A stretch of 64,000 bases of DNA from Ignavibacteriales bacterium (lineage in GTDB: Bacteria; Bacteroidota; Ignavibacteria; UBA10030; UBA6906), in contig JBBIRR010000003.1 in NCBI GenBank assembly GCA_037441705.1, forward strand, positions 1 through 64,000. The letters run 5' to 3'. Under the pieces are notes generated by a model, which was not told the origin of the DNA, ran no database searches, and worked only from the letters and a program-made list of their open reading frames with translations. Of this stretch, positions 18,565 through 27,443 are shown piece by piece (within the stretch, counting starts at the first letter, position 1; every line of letters begins with the position of its first letter). Both the position numbers and the translations under genes were made by a program.

Positions 18565-19116
18565 ATGAAAAACACCCGGGTAGCGCGCCGCTACGCACAG
18601 GCATTGATGATGACGACCGATTCCACGGCCGCGATCGACGCCATCGCCGCCGACCTCGAACTGATCAGGAAAACCCTTGAGGCTTCGCGCGAGCTTCGTC
18701 GGCTCGTGGCCAGTCCCATCGTTTCCGTTGAGCGGAAACAACGCGTCTTCCGCGAGCTGTTCGGCGCTCGTGTGAACAGCATAACGCTTTCGTTCCTGGA
18801 ATTGCTGACGGAAAAGCAGCGCGAGAAGATCCTCCCCGAGGTGATTGAGCAGTACCTGGCGCTGCGCGATGAACGCTACGGCATCGTGAACGTTGACGTT
18901 GCGGCTGCCATCGAGGTAACACCGCAGCAGGAACGGCGACTCGCCGAGCAGCTTGAACGATACACCAAAAAGAAGGTACGCCTGCGCTTCACGATCGACA
19001 AGGCGATCCTGGGCGGCCTGCGCGTGAAAATCGGCGACACGGTGCTGGACGCGAGCGTCAAGCATCAGCTCGCCCTGCTTCGCGAGCGGCTTGCACACGG
19101 GCAGCTTTCGAACTGA
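18565..19116 (+). CDS. atpH: F1 subunit delta
   Basis: VARRYAQAL, ILGGL, DASVK; ATG at 18565. Confidence 0.96.
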   Translation: MKNTRVARRYAQALMMTTDSTAAIDAIAADLELIRKTLEASRELRRLVASPIVSVERKQRVFRELFGARVNSITLSFLELLTEKQREKILPEVIEQYLALRDERYGIVNVDVAAAIEVTPQQERRLAEQLERYTKKKVRLRFTIDKAILGGLRVKIGDTVLDASVKHQLALLRERLAHGQLSN

Positions 19117-19170
19117 GCGATGATGTGTACCAATTGTTTGATGAATTTTTTTCGATAAGGAAGAAGAACG

Positions 19171-20727
19171 ATGGCAGAAGTTAAGCCCGAGGAAGTATCG
19201 GCAATTCTCCGCAAGCAGCTTGCGGGCTTTGAAAAAGAAACCGACATGTACGATGTCGGCACCGTGCTGCAGATTGGTGACGGCGTTGCGCGCGTCTACG
19301 GACTCTCCAAAGCCGTCATGAGCGAACTGATCGAGTTCCCGCACGGTATCTTCGGCATGGTGTTGAACCTCGAGGAAGACAACGTCGGGTGCATTCTCTT
19401 CGGCGAGAGCAGCGAAATCCGCGAAGGCGACACGGTCAAGCGGACGGGCAAAGTTGCCGCCATCCCTGTCGGCGAAGCAATGCTCGGACGCGTCATCAAC
19501 CCGCTCGGTCAGCCCATCGACGGACGCGGACCGATCAAGACCGACAAGACGCTTCCCATCGAGCGCAAGGCGCTCGGCGTGATCGCCCGCCAGCCGGTGA
19601 AGGAGCCGCTCCAAACGGGTATCAAGGCGGTGGACGGCATGATTCCCATCGGCCGAGGACAACGCGAGCTGATCATCGGCGACCGCCAGACAGGCAAGAC
19701 GGCCATCGCCATCGATACCATTATCAACCAGCGATTCACGCACACCGAAACGGCGAAGAAGCAGGGTATCAAGCCGGTCTACTGCATCTACGTTGCGATC
19801 GGCCAGAAAAGTTCCACGGTAGCGCAGGTGGTAAGCAAGTTAGAAGAGGAAGGGGCGATGGCATACACGACCGTCATCGCTGCGACGGCAACCGACCCCG
19901 CACCGATGCAGTTCATCGCTCCGTACAGCGGTGCGACGCTCGGCGAGTATTTCCGCGACAGCGGGCGTCACGCGCTCGTGGTGTACGACGACCTGTCGAA
20001 GCAAGCGCAAGCATACCGCCAGGTATCGTTGTTGCTGCGCAGGCCGCCCGGACGTGAAGCCTATCCGGGAGACGTGTTCTATCTCCACTCCCGCCTGCTG
20101 GAGCGCGCCTCCAAGCTGAGCGATGAACTCGGCGGTGGAAGTCTCACGGCGCTGCCGGTGATCGAAACACAGGCGGGCGACGTGTCCGCTTACATCCCGA
20201 CCAACGTCATCTCCATCACCGATGGCCAGATTTATCTCGAGCCGAACATGTTCAACGCCGGCGTGCGTCCTGCTATCAACGTGGGCATCTCGGTGTCGCG
20301 CGTCGGCGGCAACGCGCAGATCAAAGCGATGAAGAAGGTCGCCGGCAGGCTCCGCCTGGAACTCGCCCAATACCGCGAGCTGGAGGCATTCGCGAAATTC
20401 GGGTCCGATCTGGACAAAGCAACGCTGCACCAGCTGCGCCGCGGTGCGCGCCTGGTGGAGCTGCTGAAACAGGGCCAATATGAACCGATGCCCGTCGAAA
20501 AGCAGGTCGTCTCCATCTTCGCCGGCACCAACGGCTATCTCGATGAAATCCCCGTCGAGCATGTTCAGCGCTATGAGAAGGAACTGTTGGAGATGATGGA
20601 TATGAAGCATCCCGATCTGTTGAACGCAATCGCCGAGCAGAAAGATCTGACCGATGAGATTACCACAAAGCTGAAGTCCATTCTCCAGCAGTTCACGGAT
20701 TCGTTCAAGGTAAGCGTGAAGGCGTAA
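19171..20727 (+). CDS. atpA: F1 subunit alpha
   Basis: [33 protein letters not shown]. Confidence 0.99.
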   Translation: MAEVKPEEVSAILRKQLAGFEKETDMYDVGTVLQIGDGVARVYGLSKAVMSELIEFPHGIFGMVLNLEEDNVGCILFGESSEIREGDTVKRTGKVAAIPVGEAMLGRVINPLGQPIDGRGPIKTDKTLPIERKALGVIARQPVKEPLQTGIKAVDGMIPIGRGQRELIIGDRQTGKTAIAIDTIINQRFTHTETAKKQGIKPVYCIYVAIGQKSSTVAQVVSKLEEEGAMAYTTVIAATATDPAPMQFIAPYSGATLGEYFRDSGRHALVVYDDLSKQAQAYRQVSLLLRRPPGREAYPGDVFYLHSRLLERASKLSDELGGGSLTALPVIETQAGDVSAYIPTNVISITDGQIYLEPNMFNAGVRPAINVGISVSRVGGNAQIKAMKKVAGRLRLELAQYRELEAFAKFGSDLDKATLHQLRRGARLVELLKQGQYEPMPVEKQVVSIFAGTNGYLDEIPVEHVQRYEKELLEMMDMKHPDLLNAIAEQKDLTDEITTKLKSILQQFTDSFKVSVKA

Positions 20728-21612
20728 ATGGCAACACTACGCGAAATACGCGGACGCATCATCGGCGTTAAGAAGACGCAGAAGATTACCAAGGCGATGA
20801 AGATGGTAGCTGCGGCAAAGCTACGCCGTGCCCAGGCCGCCGTGTTACAGGCGCGGCCGTATGCGACGAAGATGAAAGAGTTGTTGCAGCATCTCTCTGC
20901 AAACCCGGCGACCGGCGCAAACCCGTTTCTGCAGGAGCGGGAGGTGCATGCCGTTGCTCTCGTTGTGGTTACTGCCGACCGCGGCCTGTGCGGCGCGTTC
21001 AATGCCAATCTCATCAAGTTTGCCGAGAGACATATCGCCGCCAACTACGCCGCGTTGAATGAGCAAGGGAAGCTCAAGGTGTTTTGTGTCGGAAAGAAGG
21101 GCGCCGACTACTTTCACAAGCACGGCTATGCCATCGCAGGACGTTACGTGGGCGTGTACAACAATCTCGTCTTCCCTCAGGCACAGGCGATTGTGCGGGA
21201 TATTCTGCAGGGCTTTACGCACGGAGAATTCGATCGCGTCGAGATCGTTTACAACGAGTTCAAGTCGATTGCCCAGCCGCGCATCGCTCTCGACCAGTTT
21301 CTTCCGGTGCCCAAAGGTGCCCTGGAGCCGACCGTTCGCCGCACCGTAGATTATATCTACGAGCCTTCCGATGTCGAGATCATGAACGCGCTTGTGCCGA
21401 AGCACCTGAACTTCCAGTTGTGGCGCGTCTTGCTGGAAAGCAACGCGGCCGAACAGGGCGCCCGCATGGCGGCAATGGAGAACGCCACCACCAACGCCAA
21501 CATGCTCATCAACACGTTGCAGCTTTCCTATAACAAGGCACGCCAGGCGGCGATTACAAAGGAACTGTTGGAGATCGTTGCCGGCGCAGAGGCGCTGCGG
21601 AAAGCAGGCTGA
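20728..21612 (+). CDS. atpG: F1 subunit gamma
   Basis: KITKAMKMVAAAK, DRGLCG, ARMAAM, RQAAITKE. Confidence 0.98.
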   Translation: MATLREIRGRIIGVKKTQKITKAMKMVAAAKLRRAQAAVLQARPYATKMKELLQHLSANPATGANPFLQEREVHAVALVVVTADRGLCGAFNANLIKFAERHIAANYAALNEQGKLKVFCVGKKGADYFHKHGYAIAGRYVGVYNNLVFPQAQAIVRDILQGFTHGEFDRVEIVYNEFKSIAQPRIALDQFLPVPKGALEPTVRRTVDYIYEPSDVEIMNALVPKHLNFQLWRVLLESNAAEQGARMAAMENATTNANMLINTLQLSYNKARQAAITKELLEIVAGAEALRKAG

Positions 21613-21643
21613 GTCGTTCCGTAACACTCCATCAGAAATGCAG

Positions 21644-21670
21644 ACGCCGTCGGAGGACTTCCGACGGCGT
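21644..21670. terminator. Bidirectional intrinsic terminator between convergent atpG and ftsZ
   Basis: Perfect 11-bp inverted repeat ACGCCGTCGGA / TCCGACGGCGT with a 5-nt loop; flanked by A-rich and T-rich tracts. Confidence 0.8.
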
Positions 21671-21696
21671 TGCTGTTTTCATCTCTCAGACAACAA

Positions 21697-22896
21697 TCAA
21701 TCCATGATCGTCCTGAGAAACGTGGGCCGATTATAATCCGTCGGCGTCACTTTTTTTTTCTCCGCATCGTCCTCGCCTGCCGGACGGATGGTAGGAAGGT
21801 TCAGATCGACTCCCCGCCGCGAGACCGCCGGCGGATCAAACGCCCTCAGGTCTGCCGCGCCGCTGGGGATGCGGTCAACGAACCGCGGGGTTTTCACGGC
21901 AGGACGGATACTCGTGCCTGCGGCCGTGCCCGACAGCGGCTTCCGCTTGAACCCTGTTGCGATGACAGTCACCATGATCTCGTCGGTCATCTTTTCATCC
22001 ACCACCGCACCGAGGATGACGTTCACATCGTCTCCCGCCGCCTCACGAATGATTTCGGTAGCCTCTTCGACTTCGGTGAGCGACATCGTCGGCCCGCCGG
22101 TGATGTTGACGAGAACGCCCTGTGCGCCGGCAATGCTCACTTCTTCCAACAGCTCGCTGGAGATGGCTTTGTGTGCCGCTTCGTTGGCGCGGTGGTCGCC
22201 CGATGCCACGCCCGATCCCATCACCGCATCGCCCATCTCCTTCATCACCGTCCGTACGTCGGCAAAGTCCACGTTGATGAATCCCGGAACGGTGATGACT
22301 TCGGAGATTCCGCGCGTGGCATTGTAGAGGACTTCGTTGGCCATGTCGAAGGCTTGCTGCAAGGGCGTCGCCTTGGTCACCAACGAAAGGAGTTTCTGGT
22401 TGGGAATGACGATGAGCGTATCCACCTGCTTCTTCAGCTCTTCGATACCCATTTCGGCTTGCGCCGCGCGTCGTTTCCCTTCGCAGTTGAAGGGCTTGGT
22501 AACGATGCCCACGACCAGTGCACCCACACTCTTGGCGATGTTGGCCACAAGCGGCGCGCCGCCGGTGCCTGTGCCGCCGCCCATGCCTGCCGCGACAAAC
22601 ACCATGTCGCTGCCTGCAAGGGCGCGCGCAATCTCATCGCGGTCCTCTTCGACCGCCTTGTGCCCGATGGTCGGGTCGGCGCCGGCACCCAACCCGCGCG
22701 TCAGGTTCTTGCCGATCTGGATTTTGTTCGGCGCAGCATTCATCTGCAGCGCCTGCACATCCGTATTGATTGCGAAGAAGTCTACGCCGTGCAGACCACG
22801 CGCAATCATGCTGGAGACTGCGTTGCCCCCTCCGCCGCCGACGCCGACGACGCGAATCTTGGCACCGCGATCGAGGTGATCATCGAGTTCAATCAC
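21697..22896 (-). CDS. ftsZ: Cell division protein FtsZ
   Basis: GVGGGGGNA, GMGGGTGTG, INVDFAD, C-terminal PTFLR. Confidence 0.99.
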   Translation of the reverse strand: MIELDDHLDRGAKIRVVGVGGGGGNAVSSMIARGLHGVDFFAINTDVQALQMNAAPNKIQIGKNLTRGLGAGADPTIGHKAVEEDRDEIARALAGSDMVFVAAGMGGGTGTGGAPLVANIAKSVGALVVGIVTKPFNCEGKRRAAQAEMGIEELKKQVDTLIVIPNQKLLSLVTKATPLQQAFDMANEVLYNATRGISEVITVPGFINVDFADVRTVMKEMGDAVMGSGVASGDHRANEAAHKAISSELLEEVSIAGAQGVLVNITGGPTMSLTEVEEATEIIREAAGDDVNVILGAVVDEKMTDEIMVTVIATGFKRKPLSGTAAGTSIRPAVKTPRFVDRIPSGAADLRAFDPPAVSRRGVDLNLPTIRPAGEDDAEKKKVTPTDYNRPTFLRTIMD

Positions 22897-22937
22897 AGAA
22901 GTCCCTCCTTGAAAGTGTGAGTAGATGCTGACATGTT

Positions 22938-24194
22938 TTACAATTCGTTAAACCACGTTCTCATTTTCTCGAGAATGTTACTCTTCCCAAACGTCCACCG
23001 CATGCCGCCGCGGGACTCGTCGCTGCCGACGCCTGCTTGCGATGCGGTATCGTGGTAACGCAAGCCGTGATAGACCAGACCAACGGCGGTTGCGTAAGCC
23101 GGATGTTGAATCTCGCGGACGAGCCCGCCGGCGACACCCGTTGGAATCCCGATCTTGACGGGCATGCCGAGAACATCACGGGCAAGCTCGGCCGTGCCTT
23201 TGATCAGCGCGCCGCCGCCCGTCAATACCACGCCCGCCGAAAGATGCTTGGAGTAACCGGAGCGTTTGATCTCCAACGCAGCGATTTCGAGAATCTCCTC
23301 CATCCGCGGCTGAATGATCTGTGCCAACAGCTTCTTGTCAATCACAATCGGTTCGCGACCGCCCACGCCCGGAAGCACGATCGGGTCGTCGTCGACAACT
23401 GCCGGAAGGTATGCAAACCCATGATCGCGCTTCAGCTTCTCGGCTTGCTCGTTGAGGATGCCGAGACATTTGCGGATATCGTCGGTGACCTTCTTGCCGG
23501 CGATGCCGATGACGGCCGTATGGCGGATCGTCTTTTCCTCAAACACCGCCAGGTCGGTCGTTCCGCCGCCGATATCGAGAAGCGCAACGCCCACTTCTTT
23601 TTCTTCATCGTTGAGCACGGCGTAGCTGGAGGCAAGAGGCTCGAGCACCATGTCCTGCACGACAAGCCCCGAGCGCTGCACGCATTTGTAGATGTTCTCG
23701 GCAGCTGTGACAAGCCCCGTGATGATATGGACCTTCGCCTCCATGCGCACGCCCGACATCCCGAGCGGATCGTAGACGCCATCCTGCCCGTCAATAATGA
23801 ATTCCTGCGGGATGACATGAATGATCTTTCGATCCGAGGGCAGCGCCACGTGTTTGGTGTCCTCGATCAGCCGATCAATGTCGGCCTGGGTGACTTCATG
23901 GTCGGGTCCGCTGATGCTGATGACCCCGCGGCTCTGGAAGCTCTGGATGTGATCGCCTGCGATGCCGACGATCACCGAACGAATATCCACGCCCGATTGT
24001 GTGCGCGCCTCTTCCACCGCCGTGCTGATCGTGCGTATCGTTCGGTCGATGTGTGTGATGACGCCGCGCGACATGCCTTCCGACGGCGCACGCCCCACCC
24101 CGAGAATGTTCAGCCTGCCGTGCTCATCCGTTCCCGCTACAACGGCGCAGACCTTCGTCGTCCCAATGTCAAGACCAACGATGATGTTCTCCAT
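22938..24194 (-). CDS. ftsA: Cell division protein FtsA
   Basis: GLDIGTTK, DIGGGTT, VLTGGG, C-terminal amphipathic helix; ATG at 24194. Confidence 0.97.
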   Translation of the reverse strand: MENIIVGLDIGTTKVCAVVAGTDEHGRLNILGVGRAPSEGMSRGVITHIDRTIRTISTAVEEARTQSGVDIRSVIVGIAGDHIQSFQSRGVISISGPDHEVTQADIDRLIEDTKHVALPSDRKIIHVIPQEFIIDGQDGVYDPLGMSGVRMEAKVHIITGLVTAAENIYKCVQRSGLVVQDMVLEPLASSYAVLNDEEKEVGVALLDIGGGTTDLAVFEEKTIRHTAVIGIAGKKVTDDIRKCLGILNEQAEKLKRDHGFAYLPAVVDDDPIVLPGVGGREPIVIDKKLLAQIIQPRMEEILEIAALEIKRSGYSKHLSAGVVLTGGGALIKGTAELARDVLGMPVKIGIPTGVAGGLVREIQHPAYATAVGLVYHGLRYHDTASQAGVGSDESRGGMRWTFGKSNILEKMRTWFNEL

Positions 24195-24204
24195 ACCTGT
24201 CCCT

Positions 24205-24996
24205 TTATGAATGAACGTCCGGTTTGCGGTGATTCCATCGAACCACCACCTGATCTTCATAGCGTAAATCGATGGACGCCAGAGCAGGGGCGCCCTGGCG
24301 TGCTACAATCTGCTTCCAGAACTCATGGAACGTTACCAGCTTCACGCCGATGCGCTCGCGACCGAGGAATACGGGGATACCGAACTCCGCCGTGTAGAAC
24401 ATAAAGCCGCCTGCTCCATCCGCCTTGATTTCAGAAATATTCCGGTACACTTCATCGTCCACGGCACGCGCAACGGAAAGGATGGCGAGCGCGTCGCGCA
24501 CATTCGGATGGTTGCTCTTTCTGCCCGGCTGGCATTCTTTCTCCGGCAGTGTAACGGAAAGCACAGGCAAATCGAACACGGCCTCGGCATGAACGGAAGG
24601 CAGGACATAGCCCTCCGCATCGAGGTAATACAGCGTGCCTTGTGCCAGCACCGCCGCAGGCTCTCGCTCTTCGATCGTGATGCGGATGCGGTCCGGCAGA
24701 TCGCGATGCACGGCGGCGGACTTCACGTACGGTTGCTTCAGGACGCGCTGTTCAATGGCATACAGATCGATCTCGAACATCATCTCCCGAAGAGGGACCT
24801 GAGCGAGTGCGATGATTTCACGCGAAGGCACGATGCGATTGCCTTCAACCACCACCGCTGCAACGCGCCGGCTGTCCTTCCACCGATTTGCAGCCAGCGC
24901 CAGACCCAGCAGCGTCAGGACCAAGCCGACCAGCAGCAGGAATGTTGTCTTGCCGGTGCGCTGCGGAGGGAGAGTGCTATGGCTCTGCTCTTTCAT
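24205..24996 (-). CDS. ftsQ: Cell division protein FtsQ/DivIB
   Basis: Single TM, POTRA region (VEGN...PYV..A.V.R.LP..I.I.I.ER.P) and IDLRY; dcw position. Confidence 0.92.
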   Translation of the reverse strand: MKEQSHSTLPPQRTGKTTFLLLVGLVLTLLGLALAANRWKDSRRVAAVVVEGNRIVPSREIIALAQVPLREMMFEIDLYAIEQRVLKQPYVKSAAVHRDLPDRIRITIEEREPAAVLAQGTLYYLDAEGYVLPSVHAEAVFDLPVLSVTLPEKECQPGRKSNHPNVRDALAILSVARAVDDEVYRNISEIKADGAGGFMFYTAEFGIPVFLGRERIGVKLVTFHEFWKQIVARQGAPALASIDLRYEDQVVVRWNHRKPDVHS

Positions 24997-24999
24997 CGG

Positions 25000-25533
25000 T
25001 CACGCCACGTTTGCAAGGGCTTCGTCGTCGAAACCGACCAGCTGTATATCCATCTGCAACTGAATCCCCAGTTTGATTCTGATGGTGTGCTGCACATGCC
25101 TGACGAGGGCGAGGATGTCGGAGGCTGCAGCGTCGTGAGCATTCACGACGCAGTCTGCAAGCACTGCCGCGCCGCCCCTCGTGAGGCCGTTCAGGCCCGC
25201 GCGTTCGATAAGGGTGGCAATGGACTGTCCCGGCACCGGCCTGAACATCGGCGTGCAGCGTTTCTCGCCAAACGCCGGATCGGTGATGCGTTCTGCAAGA
25301 ATCGCCGCACCGCGAAACCCGCGGTCGCTCACCAGCATGTTTGGTTGAAGCACCACCCATGGAAATCCGTTCCTGCGAAAATACGAGATGACGCTCTCCT
25401 GGTCGTCAGGCGATGAAGGTTCCAGCAGATAATCCGCCGGGCCGCCAACCTGCAGTGCCGTGTACCGCGCCAGCGGAGCGCTCAGCGTAATCGTGCCGTG
25501 AAAAACGTGTTGGATGTCGCTTAATGTTACCAT
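25000..25533 (-). CDS. Internally deleted, degenerate MurB-like protein (mini-MurB; possible pseudoenzyme or pseudogene)
   Basis: 177 aa. N-terminus PLARYTALQVGGPAD...NMLVSDRGFRG and C-terminus LIERAGL.G...GGA...VN...A.DI match MurB. The central domain is absent and catalytic motifs are altered. Confidence 0.8.
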   Translation of the reverse strand: MVTLSDIQHVFHGTITLSAPLARYTALQVGGPADYLLEPSSPDDQESVISYFRRNGFPWVVLQPNMLVSDRGFRGAAILAERITDPAFGEKRCTPMFRPVPGQSIATLIERAGLNGLTRGGAAVLADCVVNAHDAAASDILALVRHVQHTIRIKLGIQLQMDIQLVGFDDEALANVA

Positions 25534-25535
25534 GA

Positions 25536-26918
25536 TCAGCGTGCCTGCCGAAGTTTCCTGACGAATTCCTCGCAGTATTTCCAGATGTCGCCTGCCCCCA
25601 TCGTGATGATGATATCTCCCGGTTGTTTTACCTTCATGAGAAAATCCGGAATCGCTTTCTTGTCCGGAATGTAATGCACGCGTTTATGGCCGAACTCCTT
25701 TGCGGTGTTGGCAATCAGTTCGCCGGTGATTCCCTGAATCGGCTCTTCGCGCGCGGGGTAGACGTCCGTGACGACGAGGATGTCGGCGTTGAAGAACGAA
25801 CGTCCAAAGTCTTCGTAGAAATCACGTGTGCGCGAATACAGATGCGGCTGGAAGACGCACACAACGCGCCGCCGCCACCCCGCCTTCACACCGGCAAGCG
25901 TCCTGGCGATCTCCGTCGGATGATGGGCGTAGTCATCCACGACGAGGATGTTGTCCACGTCTGCCTTCACCTCCCACCGACGGTAGACGCCGGTGAATTT
26001 CTCGATACCGGCCTTGACTTTTGTGAACGGAACACGAAGCTCCAGCCCCACCGCAATCGCCGCAAGAGCATTCTGAACGTTATGCTTGCCGGGAATCTGC
26101 AGGGTGATCTCGCCAAGCTCCGTCCCTTCCCTGACGACGACAAAGGAGGTGTGATTCTCCTTGTGTCGGATCTCGACCGCCTGCAAGTCGGCCTGGCCAT
26201 TCAGTCCGTAGGTGATGATCTTCTTCTTGATCTTGGGCATGATCTCCTGCAGTGCCGGCTCATCAAGACAGAGCACGACGAAGCCGTAGAAGGGTACCTT
26301 CGACGCAAACTGGATGAAAGCCGACTTGATGTCTTCCAGATCGCGATAGCAATCGAGATGATCGGTTTCGAGCGTTGTCAACACAGCGATTGTTGGGGTG
26401 ATGGAAAGGAACGAGCGATCATACTCGTCCGCTTCCACAACGATGAACTCCCCTTTGCCCAGCCGCGCATTCGACCCTGCCAGCCCGCGCAGGCGTCCGC
26501 CAACGATCACGGTCGGGTCGATGCCGCCTTCCATCAGAACCAGACTTACCATAGAGGTCGTGGTCGTTTTGCCGTGCGTACCGGCAATGCCGATGCCGTA
26601 TTTCAGGCGCATGACCTCGGCAAGCATTTCGGAGCGCCGAATCACGGGAATCTTCCGTCTCTGCGCCTCGAGGATTTCGGGATTATCCGGCGCGACGGCC
26701 GACGAATACACTAACACATCCACATCGGGTGCGACGTTTTTCGCGTCGTGGCCGATGGAGACGGTGGCGCCGAGCTGCTCCATGCGCTCGGTGTTCTCGC
26801 TTGCCGCTTTGTCCGACCCCGTGATCGTGAAGCCCTGGTCCAGCAGGATTTCGGCAATGCCGCTCATGCCAATGCCGCCAATTCCGACGAAGTGAAGTTT
26901 TTTGATTGATGAAAACAC
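25536..26918 (-). CDS. murC: UDP-N-acetylmuramate--L-alanine ligase
   Basis: GIGGIGMSG, GTHGKTTT, EADEYD, DDYAHHPTE, FQPH. Confidence 0.98.
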   Translation of the reverse strand: MFSSIKKLHFVGIGGIGMSGIAEILLDQGFTITGSDKAASENTERMEQLGATVSIGHDAKNVAPDVDVLVYSSAVAPDNPEILEAQRRKIPVIRRSEMLAEVMRLKYGIGIAGTHGKTTTTSMVSLVLMEGGIDPTVIVGGRLRGLAGSNARLGKGEFIVVEADEYDRSFLSITPTIAVLTTLETDHLDCYRDLEDIKSAFIQFASKVPFYGFVVLCLDEPALQEIMPKIKKKIITYGLNGQADLQAVEIRHKENHTSFVVVREGTELGEITLQIPGKHNVQNALAAIAVGLELRVPFTKVKAGIEKFTGVYRRWEVKADVDNILVVDDYAHHPTEIARTLAGVKAGWRRRVVCVFQPHLYSRTRDFYEDFGRSFFNADILVVTDVYPAREEPIQGITGELIANTAKEFGHKRVHYIPDKKAIPDFLMKVKQPGDIIITMGAGDIWKYCEEFVRKLRQAR

Positions 26919-26932
26919 CGTGTGTGCTTCCG

Positions 26933-27442
26933 TTATCTGTCTGTAAACCGCGGCCGGCGCCAGCGCGGGCGCTTCCGCTTCGGAACCTGCTCGGCAAGGC
27001 GATGCGCCTCGTTCAGCAGCTCTCGTTCCTTCTCATACCGTCCAACACGAATGCGAAACAGTCTGCGGCGTCCTTTCAGCTTGAAGACGATCACCTGAAA
27101 GCGTCCGCTCGTTTGCACACGGGCCTCGCGCCCGATGTGCATCCACTCGATGTTGTTCGTGTCGATCCGGCGTTCATGAAAGCGATTCTTGAAAATGATC
27201 GCGTTGTCCGTAATAATCAGCCGGCGCTGCCGGTAGGCATTCAACGCCAGTGCGCCGAGCGACATCAACACAAAAAACACGATGATGTACATAATCGGAT
27301 CGTTCATCACGTAGCGGAACTCTTGCTCCACAAGACTTCCGCGTATGCCGCCGTACACCACCAGCGTTACCAGATAGATGAGCGCCGATTGATAGTAGAA
27401 ATCCAATTTGTATTTGAACGTTTTCTCGTGATGCTGCTCCAT
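26933..27442 (-). CDS. Uncharacterised 2-TM membrane protein with basic beta-rich C-terminal domain, inside the dcw cluster
   Basis: ATG 27442 (MEQHHEKTFKYKLDFYY), 169 aa, two hydrophobic segments, Arg/Lys-rich tail; fills the murG-murC gap exactly. Confidence 0.75.
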   Translation of the reverse strand: MEQHHEKTFKYKLDFYYQSALIYLVTLVVYGGIRGSLVEQEFRYVMNDPIMYIIVFFVLMSLGALALNAYRQRRLIITDNAIIFKNRFHERRIDTNNIEWMHIGREARVQTSGRFQVIVFKLKGRRRLFRIRVGRYEKERELLNEAHRLAEQVPKRKRPRWRRPRFTDR

Positions 27443-27443
27443 A

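Noticed and set aside
19729-19785. Insertion in AtpA after the P-loop helix ([15 protein letters not shown])
   Set aside because: This is a known variable loop in alpha subunits of several lineages and is not informative on its own.
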